Assembly: GCA_048882325.1 (NCBI GenBank)
Contig: JBHLRS010000029.1
Coordinates: 1-41,195, forward strand
Origin: Candidatus Thorarchaeota archaeon
Lineage (GTDB): Archaea > Asgardarchaeota > Thorarchaeia > Thorarchaeales > Thorarchaeaceae
Reading direction: 5' to 3'
Length of the DNA: 41,195 nucleotides
Part shown: positions 7,732 to 16,019 of the stretch, one piece after another
How positions within the stretch are numbered: the stretch's first letter is position 1
How the letters are laid out: every line of letters starts with the position of its first letter
Notes under the pieces: model-generated
What the model was told of the DNA's origin: nothing
The model's database searches: none
What the model saw: only the letters and a program-made list of their open reading frames with translations
Position numbers and translations under genes: made by a program

Positions 7732-10686
7732 TTGTCCAAAGAAGACGCCATCACAAGGGAGAACTCCAAGAGTTACTCCTTCCATTCTATGCCTCTTGAG
7801 GAGGTATATGAAACTCTTCAGGCTAATCCAGAACAGGGGTTATCTGATAAAGAGGTCAAAACAAGACTCCAAGAGTACGGTGAAAATGCGATTACAAAAG
7901 CCAGAGGTCCATTCTGGCAGGTATACATCGCCCCCATCATGAACTGGTTGATTACTATTTATATAATAAGCTCAGTTGCGCTCATTGTCATTGCTCAGTT
8001 ACTTGCTAGGCTTCCTGGTGCGCCTCCTGGTGAAAACGAGATGGGCCAGGCACTGGTGTGGCTAGGTATCGTTACTGTCAATGCTCTCGTAGCTATCTTT
8101 CAACAATACCGTGCTCAAAAGAAACTGGAAGCGCTTGAGAAGCTCACTGCAGGAGAAACTCGAGTCATCCGAGGGGGTTCAGAGAAAAGCATACCTCCCT
8201 TTGAGATAGTTCCTGGCGACGTAGTCAAGCTAGATCAGGGTGACAGAATTCCTGCTGATGCTAGGATCATATCTTGTTCAAATCTCACAACAAATGAAGC
8301 ATCATTGACCGGTGAAAGTGTTCCTGTTGCAAAGGATGATGAAAGCACAGTAGCAGCAGACGTTCCTCTCACAGATATGAGGAATATGGTCTTCTTTGGA
8401 ACATATATTTCAACGGGAATGGCCACTGTTGTCACCACTGCGACTGGCGGTAGTACTGAAATTGGAAAGATTCAGGGAACACTTGAGGAACTCAATACTG
8501 GTGATATCCCTCTAAGAAGAAAAGTTAATCTTCTAGCAAAGTATCTCGGTATTGCAGCTATCATCCTCATGTCTGTATCAGTATTGTGGACCGTTATTAT
8601 TCAGGACTGGCTTGCTGGAAGAACTGATTTGTTTGCTGAAAATCTCCAGTTAGTGAATGTACTAGTTCAGATGCAGAGAGCCATCACTCGTGCAATGACA
8701 ATTATGCCAATCAACATCCCATTACTCACAACCATAGTACTCCTCACAGGAGTCTTGGCTATGGCTAGGAAGGGAGTAATTATCAGGGACCTGTCTGCAG
8801 TTGAGAGTCTTGGTCGAGTCAGTGTCATCTGCAGTGATAAAACTGGGACCATGACTCGGAATCAGATGACTGTCAAGTACATCTGGGACACTCACAACCT
8901 GTACTCTGTCAAGGGTGATGGGTACGATCCAGTCGGCGGCATCTATCTCATGAAAGGGGCTGACGATATCGTTACACTTGAGGTCACTGAGGAAGAGGTC
9001 AAGGATGTCTTCAAATGGAAAGGTCTCTACCGCCTTGTAGTGTGCGGGGGCATCAACAATGACTCAGAGATCATCAAGGAAGAGCTTCCAGATCAGGGTG
9101 AAATATGGAAACCACTTGGAGACCCTACGGATGCAGCTCTTCTGACGATGTTCCGTAAGAGTGGCATAGATGAAGAAGCCATTACTAAGAAATACGAAGT
9201 AGTAGAAGAATTCCCATTCGAGTCTGAACTGAAACGTATGTCAAAAATCTGCAAGGATGGGAAGAAGTTTGTAGCATTCGTCAAGGGTGCAACAGAGGTC
9301 CTGCTACCGAAGTGTGATTTTGTTGATGGGAAGGACACACCCACCAAGATTACTCCTGACCTCGTTGATCATGTTAGAAGACTCACTACAGACTTTGCTG
9401 CAAAGGGATATCGTGTCATTTCTATAGCTTATCGACATCTGGACAAGATTCCAACAGGGAAGAATGCTCGAGATGAGACAGAGAGCAATCTCATCTATCT
9501 TGGATTTGCATGTATTGTTGATCCACCTCGAGAGGGTGTAAAAGAAGCTGTTGCTGCTTGCCACTCTGCAGGAATCAACGTCATCATGATTACAGGCGAT
9601 GCAGCTGCCACTGCACAGACAATTGCCACGGACTTGGGTATTTTTGACGCCAACTCAATTGTGGTGGAAGGCAGTCAGGTCAACAGTGTTACAGACGATG
9701 AGTTTGCACGCACAAATGTATTTGCAAGAGTTAATCCAGATCATAAACAGGTTATCGTTGAGCGCTACCAAGACCAACAGCGTGTCGTGGCAATGACCGG
9801 AGATGGTGTGAACGATGCCTTGGCACTTGCAATGAGTGATGCTGGAATCGCAATGGGAATCACTGGGACAGACGTAGCAAAAGAGGCTGCTGACCTAGTG
9901 ATCACAGATGATAGTTTTGCATCTATTGTTTCAGGAGTACATCAGGGAAGAGGTCTATTCAATAAGATTCGAATGATGATCTACTTCTACATTGCAATCA
10001 ACCTGTTTGAGAGTCTCATCTTCTTCGGAGCTTTGTTCCTGTTGCCTGATATTGAAGTCCTCTCTCTCTGGCAGAGTCTATACCTTGTTGTTACAACACA
10101 CTCGTTCCCAGGACTTGCCCTCGTCTTTGATCGAACATCACCTCGTGCGATGGAAGACAAACCACGTGACAGTCAGGCACTCATCACACGCAATCTTGGC
10201 AAGTTCATGGCTTTGAACGTCATACTCATGACAATCGGAGCTGCAGCTGTCTACATGCTGACACTGACTGGTTGGACCCCAGAAGGTTGGCCAGAGATAG
10301 TCGGAGTCTACACTGAGAATCATCAAGGCTTCTACGGTACAATTGATAGGCCTTACAAGGCCACGGTCATGCTTCTATCAGTTATTCTTCTGGTAGAGAG
10401 CACGATTGTTCTCAGCATTCGAAGAATCAACATGCCGATACAGCAAGGTCTTCGTGAACCTGGAACCTGGATCTTTGTGTTCCTACTTGGTCTGATTTAT
10501 CTCGCACACTATCTACTCATGTACGTTCCTTTGGCACAAGATATACTCGCTCCATATGGACTTCATTTCTACTTTGCACCACTTACTCGATACGACTGGT
10601 TTATTGTTCTACTTGGAGCACTCCCAGCAATAGTGGGGGTTGAACTTTACAAGTGGCGGTTCAGGAAGAGAGACATCGACCTATAG
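7732..10686 (+). CDS. P-type ATPase (P2-like scaffold, atypical transport site)
   Basis: LTGES, ICSDKTGTMT, KGA, DPPR, MITGD and MTGDGVND motifs; about 10 TM; TM4 reads IMPINIP instead of PEGL. Confidence 0.95.
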   Translation: MSKEDAITRENSKSYSFHSMPLEEVYETLQANPEQGLSDKEVKTRLQEYGENAITKARGPFWQVYIAPIMNWLITIYIISSVALIVIAQLLARLPGAPPGENEMGQALVWLGIVTVNALVAIFQQYRAQKKLEALEKLTAGETRVIRGGSEKSIPPFEIVPGDVVKLDQGDRIPADARIISCSNLTTNEASLTGESVPVAKDDESTVAADVPLTDMRNMVFFGTYISTGMATVVTTATGGSTEIGKIQGTLEELNTGDIPLRRKVNLLAKYLGIAAIILMSVSVLWTVIIQDWLAGRTDLFAENLQLVNVLVQMQRAITRAMTIMPINIPLLTTIVLLTGVLAMARKGVIIRDLSAVESLGRVSVICSDKTGTMTRNQMTVKYIWDTHNLYSVKGDGYDPVGGIYLMKGADDIVTLEVTEEEVKDVFKWKGLYRLVVCGGINNDSEIIKEELPDQGEIWKPLGDPTDAALLTMFRKSGIDEEAITKKYEVVEEFPFESELKRMSKICKDGKKFVAFVKGATEVLLPKCDFVDGKDTPTKITPDLVDHVRRLTTDFAAKGYRVISIAYRHLDKIPTGKNARDETESNLIYLGFACIVDPPREGVKEAVAACHSAGINVIMITGDAAATAQTIATDLGIFDANSIVVEGSQVNSVTDDEFARTNVFARVNPDHKQVIVERYQDQQRVVAMTGDGVNDALALAMSDAGIAMGITGTDVAKEAADLVITDDSFASIVSGVHQGRGLFNKIRMMIYFYIAINLFESLIFFGALFLLPDIEVLSLWQSLYLVVTTHSFPGLALVFDRTSPRAMEDKPRDSQALITRNLGKFMALNVILMTIGAAAVYMLTLTGWTPEGWPEIVGVYTENHQGFYGTIDRPYKATVMLLSVILLVESTIVLSIRRINMPIQQGLREPGTWIFVFLLGLIYLAHYLLMYVPLAQDILAPYGLHFYFAPLTRYDWFIVLLGALPAIVGVELYKWRFRKRDIDL

Positions 10687-10741
10687 TGCAAATCGAAAAG
10701 GAATATATCGCGGTTCATATCAGTCCACATGAAGCCGGAGT

Positions 10742-11377
10742 ATGTCAAAAATGGACCTGCAAGACATAACTGACATGATAATCGAACTTGATATCGACAA
10801 TGTTGCGACTGCAGTTCAGCAGAAGATTCACGATGGTGCTGACCCGCAAGATCTCCTGAAAGCACTCACCGCAGGAATGGATGAGGTTGGTCGTAGATAT
10901 GAAACTGATGAGTACTTCCTTGCAGAGCTCGTTCTAGCAGGAGATACAATGAAGGCTGCCTTTGAAGTCCTAAAACCACATCTCAAGTCTGATGAAGCTG
11001 GCGGTAAAACACCAATTGTAGCTGCTACTGTGAAAGGGGATAATCATGATATCGGAAAGAATATCCTTGTTTCCATGCTTGTTTCTGCCGGATTCGATGT
11101 AATTGACCTTGGGATGGACTGCCCTACAGAGAGGATTGTTGAGGCTGTTAAGGAATCTGGAGCCAAGGTTGTCGCCCTTAGTGCACTGCTCACAATGACA
11201 ATGAAGGAGATTCCAAACGTTGTGAAAGCACTTCAGGAGGCAGGTCTTCGGGATGGAGTCAAGATTATCGTGGGTGGAGCACCATTGAATACGGAACTCG
11301 CGAAGGAGTTAGGTGCTGATGATTATGGGCCTGACGCAATTGACGGTGTTAGACGAATTAAAGCTCTGCTTGAATGA
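10742..11377 (+). CDS. Corrinoid (B12-binding) protein, methyltransferase cognate type
   Basis: Cap domain (GMDEVGRRYE..YFLAEL), DxHxxG (GDNHDIGKN), SALLT, VGGAP. Confidence 0.9.
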   Translation: MSKMDLQDITDMIIELDIDNVATAVQQKIHDGADPQDLLKALTAGMDEVGRRYETDEYFLAELVLAGDTMKAAFEVLKPHLKSDEAGGKTPIVAATVKGDNHDIGKNILVSMLVSAGFDVIDLGMDCPTERIVEAVKESGAKVVALSALLTMTMKEIPNVVKALQEAGLRDGVKIIVGGAPLNTELAKELGADDYGPDAIDGVRRIKALLE

Positions 11378-11426
11378 TCCATGTCAGAAAATCAAATTGT
11401 ATATACATTATATATTCTGACATGGA
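11378..11426. promoter_or_regulatory. 12-bp perfect inverted repeat upstream of panB
   Basis: TCCATGTCAGAA (11378-11389) and TTCTGACATGGA (11415-11426) with a 25-nt AT-rich spacer, next to TATATAAAT. Confidence 0.55.
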
Positions 11427-11472
11427 ACTATATAAATGATGGATTTCTTACCAGTTGTGTGGAGATTACAAC

Positions 11473-12330
11473 TTGGCTCGCAAGACGACTCACAACATTC
11501 GCCTCATGAAGAAGAAAGGCAAGAAGATAGTCATGCTCACTGCTTATGATGCTCCAACCGCTGCAATTCTTAGTGAGATGGGCGTTGACATGATTCTTGT
11601 TGGGGACTCGGTAGGCAACTCACTTTTGGGATATGAGAGTACAATCCCCGTGACTCTAGAGGACGTTATCCATCATAGCGCTGCTGTGGCTCGAGCTAGA
11701 CCAAATTGCTTGATTGTGGGAGATATGCCCTTCATGTCCTACAAAGTCAGTGTCCAACAGGCGCTTGAGAATTGTGGTCTGATGCTTCAGGAAGGCGGGG
11801 CAGAGGCTGTGAAGATCGAGGGTGGATCTGAAGCAGTAGTTGAAATTGTTCGCTCAATAGTTGATGCGGGCATCCCTGTCATGGGTCATATCGGCCTCAC
11901 CCCCCAATCCATCTATCAACTTGGTGGCTATCGTATTCAGGGCCGCACTGCTGACATGGCTGAGGTGCTGGTACAACAGGCTGTGAAGCTCGAGGAGGCA
12001 GGTGCCTTCTCAATGGTGATTGAACTTGTTCCATCAGAAACCGCGAAGCTGATTACCGAAACTGTGGGAATTCCAACAATTGGTATTGGAGCTGGTCCTC
12101 ACTGTGATGGACAAGTGCTTGTACTTTGGGATATGCTAGGTCTTTTTGAGGACTTCAAACCAAAGTTCGTTAAGAAGTACGCGAATGTGCGTGAACTAAT
12201 CAAGACTGCAGTTGCTGAATATTCTCAGGAGGTTCGTGATGGTACGTTTCCTGATGCTGAACATAGCTTTGAGATGACTGAGGAAGAGACTGGACGACTC
12301 TATGGTCGTACTAAACCTAACAGTGAGTAG
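11473..12330 (+). CDS. panB: 3-methyl-2-oxobutanoate hydroxymethyltransferase
   Basis: MLTAYD, LVGDS, GDMPF, VKIEGG, GHIGLTPQS, IGIGAG, DGQVLV. TTG 11473 after GGAG is preferred over 11455. Confidence 0.95.
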   Translation: MARKTTHNIRLMKKKGKKIVMLTAYDAPTAAILSEMGVDMILVGDSVGNSLLGYESTIPVTLEDVIHHSAAVARARPNCLIVGDMPFMSYKVSVQQALENCGLMLQEGGAEAVKIEGGSEAVVEIVRSIVDAGIPVMGHIGLTPQSIYQLGGYRIQGRTADMAEVLVQQAVKLEEAGAFSMVIELVPSETAKLITETVGIPTIGIGAGPHCDGQVLVLWDMLGLFEDFKPKFVKKYANVRELIKTAVAEYSQEVRDGTFPDAEHSFEMTEEETGRLYGRTKPNSE

Positions 12331-12361
12331 GACAAGAACTCATACAAAAATAAAGTGATTA

Positions 12362-12380
12362 AGCCCTCTCAAAGAGGGCT
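12362..12380. terminator. Hairpin between convergent panB and DUF1858-type genes
   Basis: AGCCCTCT-CAA-AGAGGGCT, followed by a T-rich tract on the minus strand. Confidence 0.6.
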
Positions 12381-12391
12381 GGTCAAGGTCT

Positions 12392-12610
12392 TTACTCCTC
12401 TTTCTTTTCGATTTCTTCGTTTATCGCCTTGATGAGAGCATCTGGATCGATACCGTGAGCCTGTGCACCTTGCTCTATGGTTTCATACCTTGCAGCGGCG
12501 CATCCAAAGCAATGCAATCCATATGCCATGAATATTCCCGCTGACTCGGGGAACTTCATGACCACTTCACCAATGCTCATTTCTTTCGTTACTGCTGCCA
12601 TTGTGTTCAC
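12392..12610 (-). CDS. DUF1858-type small CxxC redox protein
   Basis: MSIGEVVMKFPE...GLHCFGCAAARYETIEQGAQAHGID pattern. Confidence 0.85.
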   Translation of the reverse strand: MNTMAAVTKEMSIGEVVMKFPESAGIFMAYGLHCFGCAAARYETIEQGAQAHGIDPDALIKAINEEIEKKEE

Positions 12611-12682
12611 CTTGTTAACAATAATTAATTGTCAGATACAAGCTTGCCTTGAACTCTGGGAATATATACTTTACTTTTGATA

Positions 12683-13105
12683 CTACAACACTAAATCAGT
12701 TAAACCCAGCTCTTTGAGGACTTCTGGGTATACAGCATAGAGTGGCTTTATTTTTGAGAGCAATCCGAGTGCTTTCGCAACTGAGCCGTTCAGCTTGACT
12801 TGACCTCTTGCCATCGCCACAGTTGTATTTAATTTTCCTTGCCAAAACTTGTTTGTAGTTTCTGATACAGACCATACTGAGATTTCCGGCTCAACATCAC
12901 TGTCAAAGGTCAAGGTCCCGATCTCGCCATCTGGCCCTGGGTCTCTGAAGTTGATTGTCATATGCACCTCGGGGTCTTCGATGTCGAAACGAACAACTAC
13001 TTGAGACTTGGCCAGCTTTTGCATTATCTCTTCATGAGTTGTGGCCTTTTCCCAGAACTTGTTGAATACTTCCTGAAACTGTTCCTTGCTTTCAAACTTG
13101 GCCAT
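12683..13105 (-). CDS. SCP2 sterol/lipid-binding domain protein
   Basis: SCP2 C-terminal signature KFWQGKLNTTVAMARGQVKLNGSVAKAL. Confidence 0.8.
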   Translation of the reverse strand: MAKFESKEQFQEVFNKFWEKATTHEEIMQKLAKSQVVVRFDIEDPEVHMTINFRDPGPDGEIGTLTFDSDVEPEISVWSVSETTNKFWQGKLNTTVAMARGQVKLNGSVAKALGLLSKIKPLYAVYPEVLKELGLTDLVL

Positions 13106-13172
13106 GAGTTCTGACCTCCGCTAGCAGATTTGTTAGCATTGTGCGATAGAAATCTTTTGGATTATCGGAGGT

Positions 13173-14474
13173 TTAGTTTGCATGCATATATCTCTCAATC
13201 TCCCAATCAGTAATCTCAGAACTTCCGGGGTTTCCAGTGGACTCAACATATTCCTTCCACTCACGCTTTCTCATAGTGATAAGCGCATCCACAGCAGATT
13301 CACCTAGGACATCCCTCATCATCGTGCTCTTGTCCAAACTGTCAAGTGCCCCCTCTAATGATCCTGGCAATGACCGTAGAGCAGCTCCTGATTCATAGAG
13401 GTCTTTGTCTGTCGGATGAGGTGGTTCAATTCTTTTCTTAATACCATCCAATCCTGCTGCTAGAATTGATGCAATGACCAAGTGAGGTGATGAAGTTGCG
13501 TCAGGACACCTCAATTCTATTCTCGCTGCAGTCTTTGATCCATTAAAATGTGGTACACGGACCATAGTGCTTCTGTTCCTATACCCCCATGCAACTCTGG
13601 TTGGGGCTTCGAAACCAGGGACTAATCTCTTGTATGAGTTCACAGTCGGAGCTAGAATCGCAGCTAAAGATTCAGCATGTTCCAAGAGTCCACCAATGTA
13701 GCTCATTGCGAGTTGCGAGATTAAACTGTCATTTGCGGCAGTAAACAGGTTCCTTGAGCCATCAAGACCCCAAAGGCTTTGGTGAAGATGCATCCCTGAA
13801 CCATTCTCGCCTGAGAATGGCTTTGGCATGAAGGTAGCAGTAATCCCACGAAGGTGCGCCATCTCAGAGATAACAAGGCGTGAGACCATTATGTTGTCAG
13901 CTGCAGTCTCAGCATCAATATATTGAAGTCCAATCTCCTGTTGCCCTCGGGCAACCTCGTGATGGTGCGATGTTGTAGCTATTCCCAGTTGTTGCAATGT
14001 CCTGATCACATCACGTCTGAACTCAAGAGCAAAGTCTTGAGGGTGAGATGAGAAATAACCACCAGAATCAAGTGGGACAATTGCGTCATCTGTTGTTCTC
14101 GCAACGACAAAGAACTCAAGTTCACATCCAACCATCAGTTTGCATCCCATTGTGCTAGCAGAAGTCACAATCTTTCTGAGAATGTTTCTAGGGTCTCTTG
14201 GATGAGGTTCTCCAGAAACCTCGTGAATGCGGCAAAGGAGGAAGGATGCTGCTGGATCCCAAGGTTGAGAGAGGGGGGTGGCGCGAGAAGGGAGGAGTAG
14301 AACATCGCTTTCGTTGACCGTTGCATATCCCGGAACAGAGGAACCATCGACCATGATTCCATGTTCGACCACCTCTTCCAACCTGTCGTATCCGACCTCG
14401 ATACTTCTTGTGCAACCAAGCAGGTCGGAGAAGATCAGTCTAAGGAATTCAGGGTGTTCATGTTCATTGCACAT
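13173..14474 (-). CDS. glnA: Type I glutamine synthetase
   Basis: DGSS, NESD, HHEVARGQQEI, TFMPKP, NGSGMHLHQSL, NSYKRLVPGFEAP, NRS, RIELRCPD. Confidence 0.88.
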   Translation of the reverse strand: MCNEHEHPEFLRLIFSDLLGCTRSIEVGYDRLEEVVEHGIMVDGSSVPGYATVNESDVLLLPSRATPLSQPWDPAASFLLCRIHEVSGEPHPRDPRNILRKIVTSASTMGCKLMVGCELEFFVVARTTDDAIVPLDSGGYFSSHPQDFALEFRRDVIRTLQQLGIATTSHHHEVARGQQEIGLQYIDAETAADNIMVSRLVISEMAHLRGITATFMPKPFSGENGSGMHLHQSLWGLDGSRNLFTAANDSLISQLAMSYIGGLLEHAESLAAILAPTVNSYKRLVPGFEAPTRVAWGYRNRSTMVRVPHFNGSKTAARIELRCPDATSSPHLVIASILAAGLDGIKKRIEPPHPTDKDLYESGAALRSLPGSLEGALDSLDKSTMMRDVLGESAVDALITMRKREWKEYVESTGNPGSSEITDWEIERYMHAN

Positions 14475-14873
14475 CAATGGTGCCCTCTGTCAAGCATATG
14501 TGATGATATGAGAGGTTGCATTGCCTCTGCGCGGATACCCTGGGGGTGATGAAACTCGAGTGGTTTCAATTCTTCAAAGTTTTGGACAATGCTAGCTCTC
14601 ACAAGTTCGTTATTAATAAATGGCTATAACATTTTCCTGCAAAACAGAGAATATTTTTCATTTCATTCGGTATACTAAAGATTGGATGATGAAATATTTT
14701 CAGAATTAGGAAATGAAACGAAATTTCTTCAATATTGCTACTCGTCAGCCAGTGATACATACACTCTCAATTTCTTTGATCTAGATTCAGGCGCCTTTCT
14801 GGATTGCAAAACTGTTCCAGTCGACCAGCGAGTTTATCTGACATTTTTGTGGTGATGGGTTGAGGGTCAATAG

Positions 14874-15242
14874 ATGGGAGGTTGTAGGAATTGCTACTAT
14901 TGCAATGATGATATCAAGATAGGAGGCTCTTGGTGGTGCGCCTGCTCAAATCCTGGAAGATCTCCTGAAGCCTCATACAAAGGTCATAACTGGGTGAGAA
15001 GTCGCTTGAACTTGGCCTGTTGGACAGAACCTATTCGGGTAGTGTATGAGTTTGAAAATCCACCTCCGAAAGTCTACGAACTCAAGAGGATTCGAAAGAA
15101 AACATTCCTTCACTCATATATCGACAAACCTAGAGATGTGAAAGTCCCATGGCATCTTCTGATTCGTTCAAGAGTCACTCAGTTGATTTCCAAAGTAAGT
15201 ACTAGACGAGATGGCTCAAGGTTATATACAGTCAAGAGATAA
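14874..15242 (+). CDS. Cys-rich hypothetical protein with basic C-terminus
   Basis: CxxCxxC...CxC...C in the N-terminal half; Lys/Arg-rich tail. Confidence 0.6.
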   Translation: MGGCRNCYYCNDDIKIGGSWWCACSNPGRSPEASYKGHNWVRSRLNLACWTEPIRVVYEFENPPPKVYELKRIRKKTFLHSYIDKPRDVKVPWHLLIRSRVTQLISKVSTRRDGSRLYTVKR

Positions 15243-15265
15243 ATATAAAATAATATATGCTATTA

Positions 15266-15338
15266 CTGTGCGTGGGACTCTGATTGTCACAACAAAGTAC
15301 ATGCTTTGCTTGGGGTTGCATGCACACTCCTTCTTTTG
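15266..15338 (+). ncRNA. Candidate small structured RNA (G-U-rich hairpin plus pyrimidine tract)
   Basis: AT-rich TATA-like stretch at 15240-15258, a long stem at 15267-15326 with several G-U pairs on the plus strand, then CTCCTTCTTTTG. Confidence 0.35.
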
Positions 15339-15442
15339 ATTGATGACCAACATTCATTACTTAATACTCTCTTCTAACAACCCTGCAAGAATACCAAAGA
15401 TTACATGGAGCTTGCATACAAGAAAATAGGAGGTCCTCAGTC

Positions 15443-15988
15443 GTGGCAACCAACCCAGGCGAAAAACAAGAAACATCTGCTAAAGAAGTACGGGTCAGGC
15501 TCGATGAAACGAACTTGAAGCTACTTCAACTTCTACAAAAGGATAGCAAGCAGAGCATAAAGAACCTCTCAGACGAACTAGGAATTGGGATTTCAGCTGT
15601 TCATGCCAGAATGAAGAGCTTGGAGAAGGCGAAGGTTATTGACAGGTACTCAGCAGTTGTAGATCCAGCAAAAATCGAGCGTGGGACACTTGCATTTATT
15701 CTTGTCACAGTCAGGTACCGTGTCCCTGGGAGAAAAGGTGTACTGTCACAAAGAGCCTTTTGCGAAGAGATTGCAAGCCATCCATTGGTTCAGGGAGTGC
15801 ATGTCCTGAGTGGTGAGTACGACGTCCTGTTGAAAGTACGTGCTGAAAACATTGGCGAGATGAACAAGTTCATTGTTGACTTCCTGAGAGAGCTACCAGA
15901 AGTCGATAAGACACTGACTATGTTTGCCATGGATAGTTATCTTGATACTCTCGAACTCAGAGATCTCTCCAATAATCATCGCCTTTAA
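15443..15988 (+). CDS. Lrp/AsnC family transcriptional regulator
   Basis: LDETNLKLLQLLQKDSKQS HTH, RAM-domain motif LSGEYDVLLKV; GGAGG upstream. Confidence 0.92.
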   Translation: MATNPGEKQETSAKEVRVRLDETNLKLLQLLQKDSKQSIKNLSDELGIGISAVHARMKSLEKAKVIDRYSAVVDPAKIERGTLAFILVTVRYRVPGRKGVLSQRAFCEEIASHPLVQGVHVLSGEYDVLLKVRAENIGEMNKFIVDFLRELPEVDKTLTMFAMDSYLDTLELRDLSNNHRL

Positions 15989-16019
15989 GGTTGAATGTTT
16001 CCGGGAAAATCACTGTTGA

